From positions 1 to 29,309 of the forward strand of contig JAQGDQ010001690.1 in NCBI GenBank assembly GCA_030141605.1: a stretch of DNA of 29,309 nt, given 5' to 3'. The translations under genes were made by a program, and so were the position numbers. Source of the stretch: Tubiluchus corallicola (Eukaryota > Animalia > Priapulida). A model generated the notes under the pieces. It was not told the origin of the DNA and did not search any database. It saw only the letters and a list, made by a program, of their open reading frames with translations. How positions within the stretch are numbered: position 1 is the stretch's first letter; every line of letters starts with the position of its first letter. Below, in pieces: positions 1 through 9,114 of this stretch.

Positions 1-880
1 TCTCCCAGTATAGGAGCTCCAAGCTTGAGGGGTCCTTGGCTACAGCCTATAATAGCCTATAGGAGCCCCAAGCTTGAGGGGTCCTACGCTACAGCCTATA
101 CTAGTCTATAGGAGCCCCAAGCTTGAGGGGTCCTAGGTTACAGCCTATACTAGTCTATAGGAGCCCCAAGCTTGAGGGGTCCTAGGCTACAGCCTATGCT
201 AGTCTATCGGAGCCCCAGCTTGAGGGGTCCTAGGCTACAGCCTGTACGAGTCTACAGGAGCCCCTAGCTTGAGGCATCCTAGGCTACAGCCTATAATAGC
301 CTATAGGAGCCCCAAGCTTGAGGGGTCCTAGGCTACAGCCTATACTAGTCTATAGGAGCCCCAAGCTTGAGGTGTCCTAAGCTACTGCCTGAACTAGCCT
401 ATAGGACCCCACAAGCTTGAGGGGTCCTAAGCTACAGCCTGAACTAGTCTATAGGAGCCACAAGCTTGAGGGGCCTAGGCTACAGTCTATACTAGTCTAT
501 AGGAGCCCCAAACTCGAGAGGTCTTAGGCTACAGCATGTACTAGTCTATAGAAGCCCCAAGCTTGAGGGTCCTATAATAGTCTATAGGAGCCCCAACCCG
601 GGGGTCATAGATTACAGCCAGTACTAGTCCATAGGAGCCCCAACTGAGGTCCTAGGCACTACAACCCTATACTCGTCTACAAGAGCCCCAAGCTCGAGAG
701 GTCCTAGAGCTACAGTCTGTCCTAATCTCATAGGAGCCCCAGGCTTGAGGGGTCCTAGGCTACAGCTATACTCGTCTACAAAAAGAGCCCCAAGCTCGAG
801 AGGTCCTCAACTACAGTCTGTACTAATCTATAGGAGCTCCAAACTTGAGGGTCCTAGGCTACAACATATACTAGTCTATA
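1..880. repeat. 49-bp tandem satellite/minisatellite, about 18 units, degenerating toward 880
   Basis: Consensus ATAGGAGCCCCAAGCTTGAGGGGTCCTAGGCTACAGCCTATACTAGTCT recurs at 9, 58, 107, 156... It runs off the left edge of the window. Confidence 0.97.
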
Positions 881-1560
881 GTATGGTCCAGTGAATGCAC
901 ATTCACTGGTTCTCTCCCTATTTAAAAGTAATGGTTGTTGTGAAGCCTGTGCAAGTCTGCATAGGTCACCTATACCTATATATACTGACTGGTTTTACTT
1001 TCTAGTCACTGTCTAACTCTCAGTGTTCAGTGCAGGACTCTCTCACTCTCAGTATTCAGTGCAGCACTTTTGCTACCCATGTTTCTGTAGTTTTAATAAA
1101 CACTTTTCTGTTGTGTGCAGTGCAAATATTTATTATAGATTTTTTTATTACTCCTATTCATACTTCTCTGTGCCTAAACTCAATCATAACAAAGTGACTG
1201 AACAACAACTTCAAACATGACTTTCACACGCTCAGTTAACTCGCCAGGGAGTTATCCGGCCTATTCTTAATTCCTGTTTATAATGCACACTTTGCCTGTT
1301 TAAAGAAGCCAACTTACCGAAACTTTATGCTGCAAAGATCTCTGCAGTAAGTAGACAAACGTTTGAAATGTAAGTTCATCTCTGCCTTCCAGCTCAGCTT
1401 TATACCATGTCTCACACAGCAAGGCTATCCGATTCTTAAGAGGGTCCAAGTTATCAGGCAATGACAACAAGACGCCTGTAATTTAGTAAACACGATTCAT
1501 GGTAATAATAGAAATAGTGAAACTGAATAGTCCTGTATATCAGCATTAAAGGAAGACAGG
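881..1560 (+). repeat. Direct duplicate of 9929-10606 (hairpin-ended repeat plus NCAPG2 coding exon 4 and its flanks)
   Basis: Colinear match at an offset of about 9046. 1278-1560 looks identical to 10324-10606 by eye. Confidence 0.95.
1318..1475 (-). pseudogene. NCAPG2: Duplicated copy of NCAPG2 coding exon 4
   Basis: Identical to 10364-10521 with AG/GT intact. It lies downstream of exon 10 in sense orientation but in an incompatible phase. Confidence 0.85.
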
Positions 1561-2595
1561 AATTAAGAATAGGCCGGATAACTCCCTGGCGAGTTAACTG
1601 AGCGTGTGAAAGTCATTTTGAACTTGTTGATCACTCACTGTGTTATGATTGAGTTTAGACACAGAGAAGTATGAATAGGAACCAAAAATCTATAATAAAT
1701 ATTTGCACTGCACACAACAGAAAAGTGTTTATTAAACTACAGAGACATGAGTAGCATGACTGCTGCACTGAACACTGAGAATGAGAGAGTCCCACAACAC
1801 AAGAGAGTGACTAGAAAGTAAAAACAGTCAGTATATATAGGTATAGGACTTGACCTATGCAGAGTTGCACAGGCTTCACAACAGCCATTAATTTAAAATA
1901 GGGAGAGAACCAGTGAATATGCATTCACTGGACCATACAATTATACTTGGGATAAGTAGCTGGTAGAGTTCATAGATGGCAGCACCTAATTAAAATGTAC
2001 AATTCCAACTTCCACATCGCGAGAAAACTCGTTGGTTTTAACACGCCATTAGTAGCTTGACATGAGTTCATCTAATTATTAAGAAAGGGAATGCAATCCT
2101 GAACTTGGATCCTCTCATGCGAGGAGTTGCACTTGAAAATCGTCTGAAACCTCGGATTCAACCTGACAGCAGACAAAGTGCAACAGCAGCCAAGCCAATA
2201 ATTTTTTTAAATTATAACTATTTGTTTAATAATACCGTACCAAATATAGCAAACATTGTCTGCAATTTTACTTTAGTGAAGGAGAATGCGTCTAAATGGC
2301 TGCTTAATGTTAGCTTGTGTGTTTTGAGCCTCTTAGTTTGAGATGAGGTGTGTAAAGATATGGATGAATATGTAAAAGTTGAATAAAAAGTAAGAGAAAC
2401 TGCTTTTTTCTGTTTACATAGTCATAGAAATGAGAAACGTGAGATTTTTAATGAGACTTTTTCCGGGTGGGGGTGGAGAGTTTCTACTTAATCCCCACTA
2501 GGGACGACATTAAAAAAGGTTGACGACCACTGATCTAATAATTTCGTAATGTTTTGCATTAAAGTGATTAAAAAAATGTTTTTTTGCCTTGTTAG

Positions 2596-2730
2596 CTTGC
2601 GGAAATCAATCGTGTAGTTGATATGAAGGAAGCTTTATCACTAATGGACATGGAGAATGAAAGCGTTCAGAGTGTGAAGCATTTACTACTGCAGTGTGTC
2701 ATTCACAAAGATTACTTGCGGAAAGACAAA
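2596..2730 (+). pseudogene. NCAPG2: Inverted copy of NCAPG2 coding exon 5
   Basis: ttag|CTTGCGGAA...GACAAA|gtaagg, the reverse complement of 9115-9249. Confidence 0.85.
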
Positions 2731-2794
2731 GTAAGGATTTGATTTGATTTAATTCTTTATTTCAAACATAAGTTCGTATTATAATCTACATATA

Positions 2795-3305
2795 CAGGAA
2801 TGAGAATTTTCCGCAGATACCCAGAATTCCGAGTTTTTAGAAGACCAGTAGTGCCATTTTTGTAAATCGCATAAATTCGTTGAGAAAATTTTTACGAACC
2901 CAGTACATTATTTCACAAGCTGACCGCTAGTTGGCAGGCCGTCACTTTGTTTACATCACGTACATCAGTGTAACCACACGTATATCTCTATGTATAAAAA
3001 TATAGAATCAATTGTGCAGAGTTATTTGAGTCAATTGCAGACAGTTTTTATAAACTTTTGCATAGGAGCGGCCAGTACTTAGACATTTTTGAGACAATTA
3101 GGTATCATGTATCCTTGATAGTTGGGTATTTTAAATTATGCATGAAACAAGGTAATTGATATTTTAAGTCCACTTAGAGGCTCTCTATGGTCACAAAATT
3201 GCAATTTGTTGCTTCGCCCCCCTTGTACCCCCATGGGGGCCTATGCAGTGCCCAAAACCCCCGGCCTGTTTCAGAGTTTTTTGCAATTTGTAATTCTCAT
3301 CCCTT
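2795..3305 (+). mobile_element. hAT-type MITE, family 1 (copy inside the inverted duplication)
   Basis: Ends CAGGAATGAGAAT / ATTCTCATCCCTT. The body matches 16033-16512 and, in reverse, 8530-9050. Confidence 0.85.
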
Positions 3306-3427
3306 CATATATACAACATGCAACGTCATAAAAACAAAAAAAACCAATACAAACAAATCACACACACACTTAGATAAACAGTAAGTAAGTATCTTTATTT
3401 ATCACCTTTTTTACAATTGCAAAGTAC

Positions 3428-3607
3428 CTGATATACAGCCATACGCACGGACGCTGAACTAACATCAAAAGCCAATCCTCTAATCAGCTTATCGAGTAGA
3501 TCTGTCGCAACTTGAGCAGGCATCCACTCCCAGTAGCGTTTACACAGTCGGCAGACTCCTAGGGCAGTTGTGGCCCGAACGGCGGGATTTGGATCTTGAA
3601 ACAATCC
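3428..3607 (-). CDS. NCAPG2: NCAPG2 coding exon 10 (GLFQDPNPAVR...SVRMAVYQ)
   Basis: 180 nt, phase 0-0, cag|GGA...CAG|gtact. HEAT-repeat segment. Confidence 0.93.
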
Positions 3608-3732
3608 CTGAAATAGAGAAATGAAACTGGAGGCATATTCAAACTTTAGGTAAACAGGTTAAATTTATTAAAGTTAATGCTAGAAAATTAAAAATTCACT
3701 GCTGAAAGCCTAGGTTCTTTTAAATCCTTGTA

Positions 3733-4452
3733 CAATAATCTCGCTATAACACCAAACTCGCTATAAGGCCAACTTTTTTCCGGTCCCAAAGTGCAGGGAC
3801 GAGAATGAAAAATTGCAAAAAACTCTGAAACAGGCCGGGGGTTTGGGGGCCGCCCAATTGCAATTTTGTGACCATAGAGTGCCTCTAAGTGGACTTAAAA
3901 TATCAATTACCTTGTTTCATGCATAATTTAAAATACCCAACTATCACGGATACATGATACATATGATCGTGAAGCCTCAAAAAATTAACAAATTTTATTT
4001 TGTACATATTTTGTTGCCTATATTTCATAAATTATAAAATTAAACTTGGTTTTATTCAAATAATGCTTTAGTATTTCAGTTGTTTGTGTCTGGAGGCCTC
4101 AAAGCTTCACATTTGTCAGCAATGAAGATATGCCATAAGAGGCATGCTACAAATCGTACAGATTATCAAATAAACGATATTTACGCTTTATTTGAACTAT
4201 TTTAGCCAAAATTTTTCAGCGATTTTTAACATCTAGGAGATAAAAGGTAAGCTGGATGAACACCTCGAAAAAATGCTACTCAAAGTTTCGGTTACAATTT
4301 CGACGAAAACGAGGTTCAACCCCGAAAAATTTTCTCAACAAATTTACGCGGTTTACAAAAATGGCATTACAAGTCTTCCAAAAACTTGGAATTCCGCGTA
4401 TCCGCAGAAAATTCTCATCCCTGAAAGTGGGCGGTATAAAAAGGTTTAACTA
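3733..4452. mobile_element. Short degenerate Tc1/pogo-type MITE interrupted by a hAT MITE
   Basis: TA|CAATAATCTCGCTATAAC...CCGGTCCCAAAGTG [insert] GGCGGTATAAAAAGGTTTAACTA|TA. The two halves rejoin at the duplicated AAAGTG. Confidence 0.5.
3794..4423 (-). mobile_element. hAT-type MITE with family-1 ends and a foreign internal cassette
   Basis: TIRs CAGGGACGAGAAT / ATTCTCATCCCTG with AAAGTG on both flanks. The interior ~3980-4260 matches ~18735-19025. Confidence 0.8.
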
Positions 4453-4465
4453 TATATATACGTAC

Positions 4466-4591
4466 AATGATGATATCAAATTGCTTCTGCAATAACGCAT
4501 CATTCGTATCTTTCGTTCCCTCTTCATCTTGCAACGGGAAAGCATCAAACAGCAACAGAACTGCATTTGCACGAACTTGACCATTGGCTAC
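4466..4591 (-). CDS. NCAPG2: NCAPG2 coding exon 9 (VANGQVRANAVLLLFDAFP...QKQFDIII)
   Basis: 126 nt, phase 0-0, cag|GTA...ATT|gtacgt. Confidence 0.93.
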
Positions 4592-4883
4592 CTGTAAATA
4601 CGTCAATAAATATCCTTGGCCACAACAATAATACAGCGCACAAAGCACTTTTTTAAGACATGTTAAGTGTCTAAAGTAAATCCTTGCTCAACAATGCCCA
4701 GAATAGTTTTGGCAGTTTTCGTGAACTGAATTTCGAATTTATTTTATAAACTCATTTCAGTAACAGTAGAGCACATGGCTACAGTGTCACAATGTAATCA
4801 TTTTCTCACCTGACTGGTTTCTGTTGCATTCCTCGAGTTTAACCAGTCTTAGGCGGTTTGAGCTTTCTAGTTTAAGTAAGTTA

Positions 4884-5010
4884 CAGTGTTCCCTCACTTA
4901 TCGCGGGTATTCCATTCCAGGCCCACCCGTGATAAGTGAATTTCCGCGAAGTAGGGATGCTATACTTATTTTAGTAGTTATACATTATTTTATACTTTAT
5001 ACATTATACA
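4884..5010 (+). mobile_element. Tigger/pogo-like terminal fragment
   Basis: TA|CAGTGTTCCCTCACTTATCGCGGG... is a Tigger-style terminus. The other end was not found. Confidence 0.5.
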
Positions 5011-5038
5011 AGGTCTAAGCGGCAGAATAAATACTTAC

Positions 5039-5224
5039 TTTAAGATTTCTCCACAATATGGGTTCATACAGTCTAAGCAACAAGCTGTCGATTCCGCGAA
5101 ATTTCTTATGATCATGAAAATATCGCAAAACCTTCTGGATTGAAGAAGCGAATGTCCGCCCTCCAACGCGAGTGGCCATAATCGCCCGATACATGAGATC
5201 TTGAATGCAGTACGTCTCTATTTT
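5039..5224 (-). CDS. NCAPG2: NCAPG2 coding exon 8 (KIETYCIQDLMYR...LYEPILWRNLK)
   Basis: 186 nt, phase 0-0, ttag|AAA...AAA|gtaagt. This is a different frame from ORF-track entry 5112..5363. Confidence 0.93.
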
Positions 5225-5389
5225 CTAAAAAGGTATAAAAATACATAGAACAACTCCTCAAAAGACACGCGTATAAAAAATCCAACTCAGAAATTTGGCA
5301 ATTCAACTGCACAGATGTAAAGTTGCCTGTCTTTTTGATCCGTCTACTGCAATCAAGTTTCATTTGTTTTAATGAAGATTATTAATTAC

Positions 5390-5459
5390 CTCACGCAAAT
5401 GACCAGTTGTGTTCATCCAAGCTCTAAAGTAAATCTCTCCAAAATAACCAAGAGTTGTC
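5390..5459 (-). CDS. NCAPG2: NCAPG2 coding exon 7 (TTLGYFGEIYFRAWMNTTGHLRE)
   Basis: 70 nt, phase 2-0, ttag|G...GAG|gtaatt. Confidence 0.92.
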
Positions 5460-5616
5460 CTAAGAATAAATCAAATCAATCAATCAATTTATTTTACTTC
5501 AGCAATACATATACAATACATCAACATACCATATTATTGAAAAAAAACAATATAGGTAAGAAAAAACGTTGATGAAGTCAAATTAACCAAATAAAAGAGT
5601 TGCTGTATGACACCTT

Positions 5617-5736
5617 GACTACGGCCATATCACTTTGAAAACACCGGTTCTCGTCTGATCACCGAAGTAAAGCAACGTAGAGCCTGGTTAGTACTTGGAC
5701 GGGTGACCACCTAGGAATACCAGGTGCTGTAGGCTT
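5617..5736 (+). rRNA. 5S rRNA-like sequence (SINE head, probably not a functional rRNA gene)
   Basis: GACTACGGCCATATCAC...TTAGTACTTGGACGGGTGACC...GTGCTGTAGGCTT with box A/box C-like motifs. There is no oligo-T terminator after it and it is a solitary copy in an intron. Confidence 0.9.
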
Positions 5737-6115
5737 GCGGGATGCCCACAATGTATCTCGACACTAGGCGGAGGAGCTGCACAAGCAGCCAACGGTTAGA
5801 GGGCGGAGGAGGTCAAGTGACCCAACGGCCATGTGTAGAGGAGTAAGCCTTCCAAATCAGGAATGGAGCCCCGAAGGCGGACCAGTCCAGCATGTTCACT
5901 GACTCCGGCAGCTCCTGCAGCCAAGCTGGTACCAAACGTATGGCTCCGCTTTCCTTTGGAGTACACCAGGGAGGAGAGAGGGAGTTCCTGTTGTCTGGGC
6001 AACTCAGGATCTCCATATACCTTGCCCAGGCGTGCGCCCTGGAGATGTTCAAGGATCAGACTCTCTTGGCGCACATTCCATTGTCTTCCGAGAAAGAAGG
6101 ATACCAGCAACAACA
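5617..6115 (+). mobile_element. 5S rRNA-derived SINE (SINE3-type), full length
   Basis: 120-nt 5S head, GC-rich ~380-nt body and CAGCAACAACA tail. Target-site duplication ATGACACCTT at 5607-5616 and 6116-6125. Confidence 0.88.
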
Positions 6116-6491
6116 ATGACACCTTGAAAGCTTGGCTTGTTAAGGTGGCAGAAATGAGTGAATGAGAGAATGGTTAAGGTCAGAAGAAATGATGGAATGG
6201 AAAAAAATAGTAAGATTAGGGATAGGAAGAAGGAAAAGAGGAGAAGAAACGACCAGAATAAAAAACAACCAAATTTTACAGTCAAATCCTTTAATGCTAA
6301 AACCAGTAAATTACTTGCAAAAGAAACGTCACTATTTAAAAAAAATATTATTAGCAGTAGTTGCAAGAAAAGCAAAAAAAGCCTTAGTTTACTTGTGTGA
6401 AAGTTACAAAAAATATCATATTTGCATCCAAAAGTGGCAGAGTTACTTTGAAATTACTTCTCTCTTGCAATAATGTTTAAAAATAACTTAC

Positions 6492-6586
6492 GATCTGCTC
6501 GATGGAATGTGATTTTTAATGGTCTTATGCAGGAGCTCGATGAAGTCAACATGAAGCCCGAACAAATGCGAAAGAAAACGTCGACT
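6492..6586 (-). CDS. NCAPG2: NCAPG2 coding exon 6 (SRRFLSHLFGLHVDFIELLHKTIKNHIPSSR)
   Basis: 95 nt, phase 0-2, gcag|AGT...TC|gtaagt. Confidence 0.92.
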
Positions 6587-6643
6587 CTGCAACAAAATTA
6601 GAAAATCCTATGGACAGAAGAAAATCATTTTAATTACTCTAAA

Positions 6644-6954
6644 TTTAAATTTATGTTGTATTGTCATCATACCTTTTTGAGTTTTGGATAGTGCTGCCAC
6701 CTTCAGGTGTACTTGTTAAAATTGTTAAATCTTTCTCTTTACTGTTTAAATTTATGTTGTATTGTCATCATACCTTTTTGAGTTTTGGATAGTGCTGCCA
6801 CCTTCAGGTGTTCTTGTTAAAATTGTTAAATCTTTCTCTTTACTGTTTAAATTTATGTTGTATTGTCATCATACCTTTTTGAGTTTTGGATAGTGCTGCC
6901 ACCTTCAGGTGTTCTTGTTAAAATTGTTAAATCTTTCTCTTTCCTGTTTAAATT
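6644..6954. repeat. Three tandem 101-bp repeats
   Basis: ATTTATGTTGTATTGTCATCATACC... starts at 6649, 6750 and 6851. Units are nearly identical. Confidence 0.96.
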
Positions 6955-7419
6955 TTCATTGGCTTCTACAGTCTTTATGAATGCATAATCTCTAAACCTG
7001 TTTTCACACCTAAATGATTTCACCTGTAGTTTTGGTCACTTGGTTTTCTGCTTTTCAACACGACACTACTTCACTGTTTATGTAGGCATTTCAGAATAAA
7101 ATCTTAAAACTAAATTTCAAGTTCTTTGGTTTCTTCAAACCATCCATATTATCGTTCATTCACAAACAGCAAAAACAGTTGGAGTTGTACAACTTTAGAC
7201 AGTAACATTATGAAGCACAAGGACAAAAAAAATTTTAACTTTGCCAATGAGCATCTGGTAAATTAACAGTTGCCTTTCACTTAACTTCAATATTTAATTG
7301 TTTATTGTCTAACTTCTGTAGAACATTTTCTAAGTCAAGACTCCAATTGTCAATCTCCTCATGCAGTTATACAGGTAATTTTTTGTGCTTTAACTATCTG
7401 AATATTTATTTTACCTCAG

Positions 7420-7913
7420 ATCATCAAAAATCGCGCTGTAATTTTCTACATTATTATGATATATTATGACTTCATTATACATTCGCTTGGTTATGTCTAA
7501 GAATTATGCTTGTGTTATAAAGTATATTTCAGTTGCCATTGTTATTATGTTTCTGTTGTCAGATTTTTATTTCAGTTCTTGTTTCAGTTCTTATTTCAGT
7601 TCTTTTCAGTTTGATTTTTTTTATTATGCACTTATTATTACTGTGTATGAATTGTACTAACACGTTATAAGCATATCAATTTAATGTCATTCGTAACAAT
7701 TAAATCTTTATTATAAGCAGTACTAACACTAATACACTGTAGCATAGCGCTTACAAAAATGTTCATCACTAACCAAAGGGCAGCTGACTAGATGACCAAT
7801 TGGTCTTTCGCTGCCCTTTCTTCACATTTTTGTTTCCAAATTAATTGTATTATAACTGTGCGTATGTTACAAGATAAATAAAAAGATTATTATTATTATT
7901 ATTATTATTATTA
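7420..7913 (+). mobile_element. Retroposon 3' end with stem-loop, AATAAA and (ATT)n tail (5' boundary approximate)
   Basis: Stem AAAGGGCAGC...GCTGCCCTTT at 7775-7819, AATAAA at 7877 and (ATT)9 at 7886-7913. Confidence 0.55.
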
Positions 7914-7944
7914 CTGCATCTGACAGACAATTCAAGTCACAAAT

Positions 7945-8456
7945 TTTCTTATGTTGAGTGTTGAAATTGGCGTGATGTATTTTGATGTATTACGTAGAAA
8001 ATCTGTCTTAAGTTTAATGAAAAGATTTGATACTAGTGATAATTTAATGTGCCAGAAAATTTTAGTAAGCGATGCTAAATTTACATCGCACATAAGACAG
8101 CAATGGTGGAGACAATTATTGTAATTTTCACGTTATCAACATTATCAACATTATATGTATTTATTATGCCTTTATGTCCATGATATTTATGTTCAAATTT
8201 AAACTTAATCTCAATAGTTTTACACACCTTATTCTGAAATCTTTGTCAAGATAATTGTGCATATTACTAATAGCAACATTACTTACAGGGTGGTTGACTT
8301 TGGTAACTTTTAGTTTATCGCCACCCTTTCACCAATCACTTGAATATCATTAACTTAGATAATTTATTCATTTAATAATCTTGTCACTTTGTATCATCAT
8401 TTCATGCTCTGTGTTTTTCTTGTAAAAAAGGTGATAAATAAAGATACTTACTTACT
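7945..8456 (+). mobile_element. 5'-truncated LINE 3' end (ORF2 C-terminus, UTR and TACT tail)
   Basis: 7951-8124 encodes ...FDVLRRKSVLSLMKRFDTSDNLMCQKILVSDAKFTSHIRQQWWRQLL*, resembling non-LTR ORF2 C-termini. It is followed by a stem at ~8287-8329, AATAAA at 8437 and (TACT)3. Confidence 0.6.
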
Positions 8457-8529
8457 GTTTATCTAAGTGTGTGTGTGATTTGTTTGTATTGGTTTTTTTG
8501 TTTTTATGACGTTGTATGTTGTATATATG

Positions 8530-9050
8530 AAGGGATGAGAATGACAAATTGCAAAAAACTCTGAAACAGGCCGGGTTTGGGGGATCGAGTAGGCCCCCAA
8601 GAGAGTTCAAGAGGGGGGGGGGGGGGGCGAAGCAACAAATTGCAATTTTGTGACCATAGAGAGCCTCTAAGTGGACTTACAATATCAATTACCTTGTTTC
8701 ATGCATAATTTAAAATACCCAACTATCAAGGATACATGATACCTAATTGTCTCAAAAACGCCTAAGTTCTGGCCGCTCCTATGCAAAAGTTTATAAAAAC
8801 TGTCTGCAATTGACTCAAATAACTCCGCACAATTGATCCTATATTTTTATACATAGAAATATACATGTAGTTACACTGATGCACGTGATGTAAACAAAGT
8901 GACGGCCTGCCAACTAGCGGTCAGCTAATGAAATAATGTACTGGGTTCGTAAAAATTTTCTCAACGAATTTATGCGATTTACAAAAATGGCACTACTGGT
9001 CTTCTAAAAACTCGGAATTCCGCATATCCGCAGAAAATTCTCATTACCTG
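8530..9050 (-). mobile_element. hAT-type MITE, family 1
   Basis: Ends AAGGGATGAGAAT / ATTCTCATTACCTG. Reverse-complement match to 16033-16512. Confidence 0.85.
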
Positions 9051-9114
9051 TATATGTAGATTATAATACGAACTTATGTTTGAAATAAAGAATTAAATCA
9101 AATCAAATCCTTAC

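Larger units (their letters stand above)
1556..3416 (-). repeat. Inverted duplicate of 8420-10323
   Basis: Reverse-complement match over about 1.9 kb, including exon 5, a hAT MITE and the last ~35 bp of a LINE tail. The junction at 1556-1560 is ACAGG. Confidence 0.95.
5466..6300 (-). mobile_element. Decayed LINE 3' UTR/tail that hosts the 5S SINE (right boundary approximate)
   Basis: On the minus strand, AATAAA is followed by (TTGA)n at 5466-5492. Removing the SINE restores a stem-loop CTGCCACCTT-AACAAGCCAAGCTTTC-AAGGTG resembling the LINE 3' stem at 26926-26972. Confidence 0.4.

Noticed and set aside
1-880. CRISPR-like array of palindromic repeats
   Set aside because: Units are contiguous with no unique spacers, there are no cas genes, and the context is a spliced eukaryotic locus.
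1023-1220. ORF duplicated at 10074-10316
   Set aside because: Lies in the hairpin-ended repeat, and the copies differ by frameshifts, so there is no coding constraint.
5112-5363. 83-aa ORF
   Set aside because: Wrong frame over NCAPG2 exon 8 plus intron sequence.
5617-5736. Functional 5S rRNA gene
   Set aside because: Solitary, lacks an oligo-T terminator, has helix-disrupting changes (CACTTTG opposite CAACGT), and is enclosed with a body and tail by a TSD.
5900-5975. HDV-like ribozyme in the SINE body
   Set aside because: I could not thread the nested P1/P1.1/P2/P3/P4 topology by eye. A descriptor search would be needed.
5796-6165. Four overlapping ORFs on both strands
   Set aside because: A by-product of the GC-rich SINE body, with no recognisable protein.
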